Assembly (NCBI GenBank): GCA_049513715.1
Contig: JBEKVV010000004.1
Location: 1 to 64,000 of the forward strand
DNA from: Candidatus Bathyarchaeia archaeon
GTDB taxonomy: Archaea > Thermoproteota > Bathyarchaeia > 40CM-2-53-6
Direction of reading: 5' to 3'
Length of the DNA stretch: 64,000 nt
The number at the start of each line of letters is the position of its first letter. Positions within the stretch are counted from its first letter, which is position 1. The notes below the pieces were generated by a model that was not told where the DNA came from, did not search any database, and saw only the letters and a program-made list of their open reading frames with translations. The position numbers and the translations under genes are program-made. Shown piece after piece: positions 28,834 to 38,267 of the stretch.

Positions 28834-29810
28834 TGTAGCTTCACTCTTGGATCGATGTAGGTGTAGATGATGTCCGCAGCGAAGTTCGCGATTACGACTA
28901 GCACGGCGTCTATGAAGAAGAGGCCTTGTAGGAGGGCGTAGTCTCTGAACTGCAATGCCTGCCAAGTCAGCATCCCAATGCCGGGATAGGAGAAAATTAT
29001 CTCAGTTTGCAGAGCGCCGCCGATGACGAAACTCAAAGCCAACGCGATGGTTGTGATCGAAGGTAACAGTGCGTTGGGGATGACGTGACGCTTCAGAACT
29101 TGGTCTTCCGTGAGGCCCTTTGCTCTCGCCGTGAGGACGAAGTCTTCGGTCATTACATCGATGAGCGAGTTTCTCATGATCAGCAGGTATTCTGCGTAGC
29201 TGACGAGCGTTAGGGTAATCACAGGCAGGACAAGGTGCATTCCCATATCTGCAATCTGTTGAAGGAGGCTTGCGTGAATCAGTTCGATTGTTCTTACACC
29301 AGTGACAGGAAAGATCCCGAGCCAGACAGAGAAGGTCATGATTAGAACGATACCGATCCAGAATGTTGGCATCGACCAGAATACGAGACCGAAGCTGGTT
29401 GAGATCAGATCGATTGGCTTCCCTCTCTTCCAGCCGGCAATCGCTCCCGTGTAGAAGCCGAGGAGGATCGAAATGGCTTCTGAGATCCCTACCAAGACGA
29501 GTGTGTTGGGCAGCGAGGCTGCGATTACACTGGCGACTGGCGCCTTATAGTAGAACGAGTAACCGAAATTCAGTTGGAGTGTTTGAACGATGTATATGAC
29601 CAACTGTGTAGCGATCGGTTTGTCGAGACCGTAGAATTCCCTCATGCTCAAAATGACTGACTTTTCGATTGCGCGGCCTCGGGGTAGTAAGAGCCTAGCT
29701 GGATCCCCGGGCATGACCCTGAACAGGAGGAAATTGAATATGATCACAACCAAGACGGTAACGAACGCATAGCCTGCCTTCTTCGCTAGGTAGACCGTTC
29801 TTGCTCTCAC
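28830..29810 (-). CDS. oppB: Oligopeptide ABC permease
   Basis: MPGDPA, GLDKP, SMPTFW, TARAKGL, YTYIDPR; start uncertain. Confidence 0.88.
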   Translation of the reverse strand: MRARTVYLAKKAGYAFVTVLVVIIFNFLLFRVMPGDPARLLLPRGRAIEKSVILSMREFYGLDKPIATQLVIYIVQTLQLNFGYSFYYKAPVASVIAASLPNTLVLVGISEAISILLGFYTGAIAGWKRGKPIDLISTSFGLVFWSMPTFWIGIVLIMTFSVWLGIFPVTGVRTIELIHASLLQQIADMGMHLVLPVITLTLVSYAEYLLIMRNSLIDVMTEDFVLTARAKGLTEDQVLKRHVIPNALLPSITTIALALSFVIGGALQTEIIFSYPGIGMLTWQALQFRDYALLQGLFFIDAVLVVIANFAADIIYTYIDPRVKLQ

Positions 29811-29965
29811 GGTGACTTGCCTCTTGCAGGACCTCTTGGTGAGAACGCACAAAGTGCGCGCGGTGTAAATGAAATTTCTGCACGATATGACGTAGATATA
29901 TACAAAAAGTGCTGTAAATAGAGTAATCTAATCTTCTCAAGACTTGCAGCAGGCTTGACGGAACG

Positions 29966-31831
29966 TTGTTGACACATACTGCTGTAGTCTTACGGAAGGT
30001 TCCGGCTGTTCTCCTGGTCCTACTAGTTGCAGTTGGCCTCGTCGTGAACCCGCAAGTCTTGCCCTTCACCCGTGCCCAGCAGGAATCGACATTGCGGCTG
30101 GGTATCACAGAGTTTCCAGACACTTTCAACCCGCTGACGTACACTTTGAGCACCGCTGGTGACGTCTTCAGCATGGTCTATGATATGGGCATACAAATGG
30201 AAGGCCTCAACGGCGGTCCGGTTCCCGACTTGGCGGAGAATTGGCAGGTCTCACCCGACGGGTTGACTTGGACGTTTCATTTTGTGCATAACGCAACTTG
30301 GCATGACGGAGTTCCGTTCACATCAGCGGACTTCAAGTTTACACTCGACTATTGTACGGACTACCCGAACTTCAATGCGACCCTTCAATGCGGGTCAGTT
30401 ATCAGCTACATGAGTACGGTCAACAGTACCGAGACCCCCGACCCATACACTGCCATCGTTCACATGCGTAGCCCTCTAGCGGACTTTGGCCAACCGTACT
30501 TCTGGATCCTACCCAAACACATCTGGGAGAATGTTCCAAAGGAAGATGCTGAAAAGACCTACAGGAATATGCCGCCGATAGGCACCGGCCCGTTCAAGTA
30601 TGTGGATTCCAAGGTTAACGAGTATGTGAAACTCGACGCCAACAAGCAATGGTTCCGCGGCGCCCCTAAAATCGACCATATACTCTTCAAGTACTATGCG
30701 GATCCCGACACAATGGTTGAAGCACTCATCAGAGGTGAGGTGGACGTTATCGTTCCACCCCTAGGTTCCGTCGGGAAACTTGCAAACGAAAAGGGCATCA
30801 ACATCCTCCAGTGGCCGAGTCGGTCAATCGAGGAGCTGGGCTTCAATACGTGGTCAGATCCTTCGTCAAAAGGAAACCCGGCCCTGAAGGACTACAGGTT
30901 CAGGCAAGCGTTGGGTCACGCCATCAACAAAACTGACATAGTCAACCTCGCATACCACGGGCTCGCGGTCCCGGCTGAATCCGTACTCCCGCCAAAGATG
31001 GTACTTTACCACTGGGATCCAACGCCGGAAGAGACAATGAAATTCAATCTTGCAGAGGCTAATCAAATGCTAGACGAGATTGGATACACGAAATGGGATG
31101 ACAGCCACACCTACAGAATTGACCCAACGACGAATGCCCCCTTCATGCTGAATTGCTGGGTTCCGAACAACCTTATTGAATTGATTAGTGCTGGCGCTTT
31201 GATTGAAAACTGGTTCAAGCAGGTCGGCATAGGAGTGCATCTTCGAGTCGTCGACTCAGCTCAAATGGTCGATACTAACTTGGCTGGGGAAATGGACATG
31301 TACTTGTGGGACTGGGGCTTCGATGCAGATCCGGACTTCGCCCTATCAGTGTTCACGACAGATCAAATTGGGGGTTGGAGTGACTGCTTCTACAGCAACG
31401 CAACCTATGACGCGCTTTACCAGAAGCAGCACACTGCCGTTGACGCGACAGACAGGAAGAACACAATCACTGAAATGCAGAAGTTTCTCTACAATCAGGC
31501 CCCATACGTGGTGCTCGTCTACACTTTGAATGTCGAAGCATATCGAACAGACATATTCACGGGATGGATGGATCCGACCAAGTCTCCCGGTTGGGACATA
31601 TACTGGTGGTGGTGGATTGACCCAGCTCGGAATCCCGATCAGCTGACCCCGATAGCAAGCATGACCAATACGATGGCTACAAGCACGGTTACCACAACGG
31701 TTGGGCCCGGCACTGAGACGTACGTGGCTGCACTTGCGATCCTCGTCGCTGTAGTGGCTGCCGGGGCTGTGATTGCATTCAGGCGACGAAGAGCCGCCGA
31801 AAAGGAAAGAGAAGAGGACAAGGAGACATAG
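29966..31831 (+). CDS. oppA: Family 5 peptide-binding protein with C-terminal Thr-rich linker and TM anchor
   Basis: PDLAENW, TWHDGVPFTSAD, PIGTGPF, FRQAL; C-terminal TTTVG...hydrophobic helix...RRRR. Confidence 0.88.
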   Translation: MLTHTAVVLRKVPAVLLVLLVAVGLVVNPQVLPFTRAQQESTLRLGITEFPDTFNPLTYTLSTAGDVFSMVYDMGIQMEGLNGGPVPDLAENWQVSPDGLTWTFHFVHNATWHDGVPFTSADFKFTLDYCTDYPNFNATLQCGSVISYMSTVNSTETPDPYTAIVHMRSPLADFGQPYFWILPKHIWENVPKEDAEKTYRNMPPIGTGPFKYVDSKVNEYVKLDANKQWFRGAPKIDHILFKYYADPDTMVEALIRGEVDVIVPPLGSVGKLANEKGINILQWPSRSIEELGFNTWSDPSSKGNPALKDYRFRQALGHAINKTDIVNLAYHGLAVPAESVLPPKMVLYHWDPTPEETMKFNLAEANQMLDEIGYTKWDDSHTYRIDPTTNAPFMLNCWVPNNLIELISAGALIENWFKQVGIGVHLRVVDSAQMVDTNLAGEMDMYLWDWGFDADPDFALSVFTTDQIGGWSDCFYSNATYDALYQKQHTAVDATDRKNTITEMQKFLYNQAPYVVLVYTLNVEAYRTDIFTGWMDPTKSPGWDIYWWWWIDPARNPDQLTPIASMTNTMATSTVTTTVGPGTETYVAALAILVAVVAAGAVIAFRRRRAAEKEREEDKET

Positions 31832-31914
31832 TCTCCGCAATCAACCAACCAACTACTCCGAACACTTCATTGCGCCTTCCCTTTTGTTCTTCGACGATTG
31901 CGACGTGACGGCAA

Positions 31915-33300
31915 GTGGTTAGAATCAGCTTGGACACAGCAGGGATGCGTGGGCTACTTGAAGGAGTACCTCACCTCGAACGGTTCAAACAGGTCGATGA
32001 ACTTGAGGAGGCATCACGCGAACTTGCTAAGACTCATACCGACACAGTTGAGTGGAGAACGATCGGTCAATCTTCCGAAGGCAGACCGGTCACCGCGCTG
32101 ATCATTGGTGAGGGTGATCAGTCAGTTTTCCTGTATGGCTTCACTCATCCCAACGAACCTATTGGATCGCTGACAGTTGAGTATCTGGCATCAAGGCTCG
32201 CCTCCAGTGCCGAGCTGAGGAAGCGACTCCCATACAGGTTCATACTGGCAAAGGCCATAGATGTTGATGGCGCCAAGTTGAATGAAGGTTGGTTTCGTGG
32301 GCCTTTCGACCTGCTGACTTACGCTGAGAATTATTATCGTCCTCCACCGAACGAGCAGGCCGAATGGACGTTTCCAATCGACTACAAGACACTACATTGG
32401 AGCACGCCGATTCCGGAGACACAGGCTATCAAGAACGTTGTAGACGAGTTCAAACCGGCGTTCACGTGCATACTCCATAACGCCGACTTCTGTGGGATCT
32501 ACTACTACCTCAGCCACCCGCTTCCTGCAGCCTACGCGGAACTAAAACGCATTCCCAGCTTCGAAGGGCTCCCTCTGCATCGAGGCGAGCCGCCTGACGA
32601 ACTCTACCTCAAAACCTTTGACGAAGGCATATACCACGATTACGGCACAAGCGACGAGTACGAATTCCTATCCTCAACACTCAAAGCCGACCCGGCAACA
32701 AGAATCAACTATGGAACCGATTGCTACGAATACATCCGGAACCTCTATGACGGCTTTTGTTTCACGTGCGAACTCCCCCACTTCTACGACGAAAGAATCC
32801 AAGACACAACTCCCACTCAGGAAAAAAGAAGGGACCTACTTCTGGGGAGTCTCGAAATCGAAGCCGACACGCAGAGGTTCATTCAACGTATCGTGGATGA
32901 ATCTCGTAAACTCGTCAATATGAACTCGAGAATCTCTCGCGCAGTCCAATACTTCCTTGACCGTTGGACCAACCTTCAGCAAGCCACACATGCATTTTCA
33001 GAGGACGGTGCCTTTGATCGACCAGCAACGATCGCGGAGAAATTCGACCTCACTGTCCTTAAGAGATTCTCGCAAATGCCGATACTTGGAATGGTGGAGA
33101 GGTTTCTCAATGAGGCCGAGGCTAGAACAGGACACCGGAAACTACGACCGTTGCGGAACGAGGTGCATTCACGCCTACTCGAGCTCAACAACGTCATTAA
33201 GCAAGAATCCAACCCGCACCCAATTCCCCCGCGCACACTTGTGCGAATTCAGCTTCAAAGCGCGTTAACTTGTCTGAGGCACTTTGATTCTCAGGAATGA
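31915..33300 (+). CDS. M14 family zinc carboxypeptidase-like protein
   Basis: IGQSSEGR, HPNE, LHN, CELP. Confidence 0.8.
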   Translation: MVRISLDTAGMRGLLEGVPHLERFKQVDELEEASRELAKTHTDTVEWRTIGQSSEGRPVTALIIGEGDQSVFLYGFTHPNEPIGSLTVEYLASRLASSAELRKRLPYRFILAKAIDVDGAKLNEGWFRGPFDLLTYAENYYRPPPNEQAEWTFPIDYKTLHWSTPIPETQAIKNVVDEFKPAFTCILHNADFCGIYYYLSHPLPAAYAELKRIPSFEGLPLHRGEPPDELYLKTFDEGIYHDYGTSDEYEFLSSTLKADPATRINYGTDCYEYIRNLYDGFCFTCELPHFYDERIQDTTPTQEKRRDLLLGSLEIEADTQRFIQRIVDESRKLVNMNSRISRAVQYFLDRWTNLQQATHAFSEDGAFDRPATIAEKFDLTVLKRFSQMPILGMVERFLNEAEARTGHRKLRPLRNEVHSRLLELNNVIKQESNPHPIPPRTLVRIQLQSALTCLRHFDSQE

Positions 33301-33608
33301 AGGCTGAGGGGAAAATCACGATCAGCTGGTACGGACGACTGAATTTGAACCGCCCAAGGGCGGCTTGAGACAACGCCAAGAGATTAGGCCCGGAACGAAC
33401 AACACTTACTGATTCCTCGCTGCGAGCACCAAGAACATCGTTACTGTTCTAAGTAGCCGCAAAATCCCCCCTTAGACCACCTTACTTGGGAAATGTCGAA
33501 AAATACTACGCGAGTAATATGCTCAACATTCTTACACTAATTATACTACATGCCAAGAATCTTTCTCCGAGTGACCATATTCTTGGATACGATACAGCAA
33601 AGTCCGGC

Positions 33609-34280
33609 ATGGTTTTGATATTGACCCACGAATTTCAAATTGCGCCCGAAATGTACCTGAAAACGATTTACAACCTCGAAACGAGAACGGAAGCAGCCCG
33701 CACAGGAGACATAGCCAACATCCTCAAGATCACACCTGGCAGCGTAACGAATACGCTGGAAGTGCTTGAGTCTAAGGGGTTGGTGGAACGTGAGCCTTAC
33801 AAAGGCGTCAAGCTGACCGCGCAAGGAAAGAAACTGGCTCTCTCAGTTTTCAGACGGCATAGGCTTGCTGAAAGGCTTCTGGCCGACGTCTTGAGCCTCG
33901 ACTGGGCCGAGTCGCATGAGGAAGCGTGCAAGCTAGAGCACGCTATTAGCGACCGGTTGGCCTCCTCGATTGAGAAGGCACTGAAATACCCGAATACATG
34001 TCCGCACGGAAACCCAATTCCAACAGAGAACGGCTCGATGAATGTGCTAGATGGGCAGGCTCTGTCGGAGCTTGGAAGCGGGCAAGTGGCGACTGTAAGC
34101 AGGATCCCAGACGAGAATACTGAGTTCCTCCGCTACTTGGCAACCTTAGGGATGTACCCTGGCGTTAAGATTGAAGTTGAGGAGAAGGCGCCGTTCAAGG
34201 GTCCGATGCTCGTGAAGGTAGGATCAAGCTCGTACCCGCTCAGTCTCGAAGTGGCCTCAGGAATCTACGTGAAGAAATAG
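33609..34280 (+). CDS. DtxR/MntR family metal-dependent regulator with FeoA domain
   Basis: EMYLKTIY, RRHRLAE, EACKLEH, CPHGNPIP, C-terminal LGMYPG; start uncertain. Confidence 0.92.
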   Translation: MVLILTHEFQIAPEMYLKTIYNLETRTEAARTGDIANILKITPGSVTNTLEVLESKGLVEREPYKGVKLTAQGKKLALSVFRRHRLAERLLADVLSLDWAESHEEACKLEHAISDRLASSIEKALKYPNTCPHGNPIPTENGSMNVLDGQALSELGSGQVATVSRIPDENTEFLRYLATLGMYPGVKIEVEEKAPFKGPMLVKVGSSSYPLSLEVASGIYVKK

Positions 34281-34344
34281 GATCTAGAACCGCCACCGGC
34301 CCATCGCAGCCAGTCCCCTTAAGACTCGAAGACCGTTCAGCTTC

Positions 34345-35091
34345 TTACAAGCGAAGAGCTTGGGTTGTCGCAAAGATAACGAGTATTCCAAGCACGGTGG
34401 CGAACAATAGTTTCAGCGAGTTTTCATGGCGGTGGGCTTCCGGGAGTAAGTCGGTTGCCCCGAGGTAGATGAATTCACCCGCGAAGAAGGCCAAAACAAC
34501 GCCTATTATCCACAATGGAATCGCGGCTAGGAGTGTCACTGCAGCTCCTAGCAGCGGTGTGACTGAATCCAAAACAAGCCAGCTGAACGCGGTCCGTTGA
34601 GTGCTGCCTGACCGGAGCATCACGGTGACAGTGTTCAGGCCATCAGAGAAGTCATGGAAGACAACAGCGAAGGCAACGACCAGGCCCAGCTCAAGCCCAA
34701 CATAGAACGCGGTGCCAATCGCGACGCCGTCCAGGAAACTGTGCAAGGACAGGCCAGATGCTTTGATGATGCCGCTAAATTGAGGTGCGTGCTCAAGTCT
34801 ACCCTCCTTTTGCGTGTGGAGGCAAAGTATGCACTGGTCCAGCGTGTGGAACACCAAGAACGCCACCACAACCACCGACATCAGAAGGCTGACACCGATT
34901 CCTGTGTTCATGGAAATTGAGATCGACTCGGGAAGGAGGTCGAAGAACGAGATTCCAATCAGCGCTCCAGCAGCGAAAGCAAACACCATGTTGATGTTAA
35001 CTGCACTTCTGCGTAGGGTGAATATGCCGCCAATCATGGTCGAGAAGAAAGTGATTGCCACAAACAGGAAACCGTACGACAGCGGCAACAC
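34345..35091 (-). CDS. ZIP family metal transporter
   Basis: FAAGALI, DLLPE, HSFLDG, HDFSDG, DLLPEAH. Confidence 0.9.
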   Translation of the reverse strand: MLPLSYGFLFVAITFFSTMIGGIFTLRRSAVNINMVFAFAAGALIGISFFDLLPESISISMNTGIGVSLLMSVVVVAFLVFHTLDQCILCLHTQKEGRLEHAPQFSGIIKASGLSLHSFLDGVAIGTAFYVGLELGLVVAFAVVFHDFSDGLNTVTVMLRSGSTQRTAFSWLVLDSVTPLLGAAVTLLAAIPLWIIGVVLAFFAGEFIYLGATDLLPEAHRHENSLKLLFATVLGILVIFATTQALRL

Positions 35092-35129
35092 AGATCCAAT
35101 CCGGACGCGAAGAAAGGATCAACCTTGCT

Positions 35130-36149
35130 TTAACGTTTAACTTGACCCTGCACTCCACCCAAAGCGAGTGTCGAGATTCCACTAAAGATTCGAAGCCCAA
35201 CTAATGCCCCTAAGACACTCGCAAACAGAACCATCAAGGAGAAAACTTGAGGCTGAATTGACCAAGGAAACAGATACAATGTGAACGGGAAATAGGTCCA
35301 ATAGAACAGAACACCTGGTACAATTGATGACACGGCGAGCGAGAGTGTGCGCTTCATTTTCCGATTCATAACAGCCACTAGGGCGTCAAAAATCGCCACG
35401 GGGACAATTCCCCATGGAACGTAGGCAGGCGCGCCGACATATGCCACGACGAAAAAGTATGTCACACCGTGGAAGATAACCGCGACAATTGTTGCAGAGC
35501 CAATGCGATGCAGCACTTGCTTCACCGGAACAAGCACTACCATGCTGACCAGCGACAGGAGAACAGCAACGATCCAAACGGAAGGACTGCCCCGGTAGGA
35601 ACGTGCTAGGTAGATTAGTGCGCCAGCTGATGCGAGCCAGATCGATGCGAAAACCAACAGCATGCATACAACAACCATCCATCTTCTCATTGAGGAAACG
35701 ACTAGAATGCTGCGTGTAATCATGCCATATTCGATGGCCAACCCAACAATCATGCCTAGGGAAATTGTGAGCATGCCCAATGTGAGGAGTGCGTGGGCGG
35801 GGGCGATTTTTGGTTCAGGTGGAAACAGGTGGTGAACTATTTCGTTCCAAACTCCAGCCACGATTTGCATCCCCGATCCGAGTGCCGCGAGCTTCAGTCC
35901 ACTAACATTTGCAAAGTTGACTGGGCTCACTGAAGGAGCTGGTTGGGGCGGTCTAAAGCGAAGGCCACGCCAGACAGCGACAATCACTACTGCCACTCCA
36001 AAGTAGAGCGTTAGGTGGGCAGGGTTCCACCATGGGTCTACGCTTCCAAAAAGAAGGTGTGAGTATACATCCCACCATCCAGCTAAAACTTGAAGCGTGG
36101 CTCCCACGGATCCAAGCAAATAGCTGGTCTGTCTAGAAGCGTAAGCCAA
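35130..36149 (-). CDS. Polytopic membrane protein with PmoC/AmoC-like metal-binding motifs
   Basis: About 9-10 TM segments; WDVYSH-x13-H and WNEIVH-x12-H motifs. Confidence 0.65.
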   Translation of the reverse strand: MAYASRQTSYLLGSVGATLQVLAGWWDVYSHLLFGSVDPWWNPAHLTLYFGVAVVIVAVWRGLRFRPPQPAPSVSPVNFANVSGLKLAALGSGMQIVAGVWNEIVHHLFPPEPKIAPAHALLTLGMLTISLGMIVGLAIEYGMITRSILVVSSMRRWMVVVCMLLVFASIWLASAGALIYLARSYRGSPSVWIVAVLLSLVSMVVLVPVKQVLHRIGSATIVAVIFHGVTYFFVVAYVGAPAYVPWGIVPVAIFDALVAVMNRKMKRTLSLAVSSIVPGVLFYWTYFPFTLYLFPWSIQPQVFSLMVLFASVLGALVGLRIFSGISTLALGGVQGQVKR

Positions 36150-36168
36150 GGTTGGCCCTTCTGTGATG

Positions 36169-36630
36169 TCAGAGGAGTCTGAAGTCTTCCTTAACGGTAG
36201 TTAGGACTACGTGGGTGTTGGTTCGGTCGACGAAGGGCATTGCGAGAAGGCTCTTCGTGAATTTACTCAGCTCTTCTCGGTTGTGGAATTTAGCGATCAC
36301 CAAAGCATCTGTCATGCCAGTAACATCATAAACTGCACATGTGCTCGAGAGCTTGCCGATAGCTTGCTCCATCTCAATCAGTTTGCCTTTAGATACAGTG
36401 ATTTCAGCCAGTACGGTGAGCTGGTAATCTAGCTTCTCATGGTCAAGAAGGGCCGAGTAACCCCTAATCAACCCGGCCTTCTCCATACGTCGAATCCGGG
36501 TCAGGGCCGTCCCGACCGAAATGCCCGCTTTTAGTGCGATAGCGCGATATGATTTCCTACAATCGCGAAGAAGCTCTGTCAGAATCTTCTTGTCGACTTC
36601 ATCGATGCGCATTTGTTCAGGAATTGGCAT
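36169..36630 (-). CDS. Lrp/AsnC family transcriptional regulator
   Basis: DEVDKKIL, RIRRMEKAGLIRGY, YDVTG.TD. Confidence 0.92.
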   Translation of the reverse strand: MPIPEQMRIDEVDKKILTELLRDCRKSYRAIALKAGISVGTALTRIRRMEKAGLIRGYSALLDHEKLDYQLTVLAEITVSKGKLIEMEQAIGKLSSTCAVYDVTGMTDALVIAKFHNREELSKFTKSLLAMPFVDRTNTHVVLTTVKEDFRLL

Positions 36631-36728
36631 GTTTCATCACCGAAACTATACAGATGTAGTGTAGCAACTGCATTGGCTGTACATGCGTTTATTGTTTTTC
36701 CCTTAAGCAATATATTTGTTCAGCGACA

Positions 36729-38267
36729 ATGCGGCTTTTCCATAGTTCGATACAGTGGAGCGAACAAATCCTGGAGCAAACCAAGAGCATCGGTTCCGGT
36801 AACAGCGCGTTCGCCCTCCGCCCGAACAGTGGCTACCACCGTTTCAAGATTGAAACCCACGAGGCTCCGCCAAGGCGCAAACAGCCTCGCCCTTTCAACC
36901 CAAGAGTCAGCAAAATCGGGTTGGCAAGTGTGCTGATAAGCGAGGCGTTAAAGCTCCGCCTCAAGCTCACTCGGAAAGAATACCGAAAGATGCTGCTGAG
37001 TAGGCCGTGCATCTACGGCGTTTTCGGCAGTAAACTGGGAGGGTTTCACCCAATCAAAGACAAGTGCGTGGGGTGCATGAGATGCGTCCAGGAATATCCT
37101 GGCGTCTGCGTGGTTGACCGCAACCCCGAGTTCTTCAAGTTCGCAGACTCCTACTGGGTTCCAGACGATCCTTCAACATCCAACTCAACCCCAGTCTCAA
37201 TAGTCGCCTACGAAGCTGAAACCGGCAAGATTCCAATCAAAGGCATGGGGTACAAAGGAGCCTTTGCAGGACGCGGATGGGATTCGATTTGGACCGATAT
37301 GTCGGAGATAGTGAGGCCAACACGGGACGGAGTCTATGGAAGAGAGTACATCTCCACAACCGTTGATGTTGGGAGAAAGCCTAGGTTCCTAGAGTTCGCG
37401 GGCAAAGATGTTAAACAAGAATCTCGGGTCGTAGAAATATCGCTCCCAATAATCTTCGACTATTTGCCACCCAACCTCAACAACCAATCAATCATTGGTT
37501 CAATCGCTGGCGCAGCTCAGCGCACAGGCACGTTGTTTGTCGCAACCCCAGAACAGTCTGAAAGCCTCCCCGCGACCAACCTCAACAGTCTAGTCCCATT
37601 AGTGTCAGCCCAAAATCTGACACGACACGGATGTGGGTCGAACAACGCGGTCATGATTGAGTTGACCAACTACGATGCTGAGACGGTTGAGCAAATCAGG
37701 CGAATGAAACCCAAAACGCCCATTTCCGTTCGTCTACCCTTGAGTAGTGATGCCGGCCGAATCGCAACTGAACTGGTAAGAGCAGGTGTCGATGTAGTTC
37801 ACCTCTGCGCGAACTACCACGGCGAAGGATGGGATGTGGGTTCTCCGATTTTCGCGAAGGATCTGATGCGTTCTGTTCACGGAAAGCTTGTTGAAGAATC
37901 GGTTAGAGATGAAGTCACGTTGATTCTGAGCGGCGGGGTAACACTCGCCGAACATATCCCGAAGGCCATTATGTGCGGGGCCGACCTTGTCGCCTTAGAG
38001 GCTACAACCCTCGTTGCTCTGCAAGCTCAGTTTCTTGGCGAATGCCCCTCACCAGAGCAAGGCCGAATCAAGCCTGACAAGTTCAGCCAGCGATGGGGAG
38101 AGCAACGGCTCGTCAACCTTCTGGCTTCCTGGCACGATCAACTGATCGAAATCCTGAGCGCCATGGGCATACGAGATGTCAGAAGACTGAGGGGGGACGT
38201 TGGCCGTGCAATGTTCAACGAAGATTTGGAAAGGGAGGCTTTTGCTGGGATTGATCGGAGAAAATGA
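36729..38267 (+). CDS. Glutamate synthase FMN-domain-related subunit with N-terminal ferredoxin-like motif
   Basis: CVGCMRC, GWDSIWTDMSEIVRPTRDG, RDEVTLILSGG, KAIMCGAD, AMGIRDVRRLRG; start uncertain. Confidence 0.75.
   Translation: MRLFHSSIQWSEQILEQTKSIGSGNSAFALRPNSGYHRFKIETHEAPPRRKQPRPFNPRVSKIGLASVLISEALKLRLKLTRKEYRKMLLSRPCIYGVFGSKLGGFHPIKDKCVGCMRCVQEYPGVCVVDRNPEFFKFADSYWVPDDPSTSNSTPVSIVAYEAETGKIPIKGMGYKGAFAGRGWDSIWTDMSEIVRPTRDGVYGREYISTTVDVGRKPRFLEFAGKDVKQESRVVEISLPIIFDYLPPNLNNQSIIGSIAGAAQRTGTLFVATPEQSESLPATNLNSLVPLVSAQNLTRHGCGSNNAVMIELTNYDAETVEQIRRMKPKTPISVRLPLSSDAGRIATELVRAGVDVVHLCANYHGEGWDVGSPIFAKDLMRSVHGKLVEESVRDEVTLILSGGVTLAEHIPKAIMCGADLVALEATTLVALQAQFLGECPSPEQGRIKPDKFSQRWGEQRLVNLLASWHDQLIEILSAMGIRDVRRLRGDVGRAMFNEDLEREAFAGIDRRK

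Noticed and set aside
33327..33351. Minus strand GGTTCAAATTCAGTCGTCCGTACCA looks like a tRNA T-loop and CCA end
   Set aside because: The T-stem does not pair, there is no matching acceptor 5' strand or anticodon arm upstream, and no integrase is nearby.
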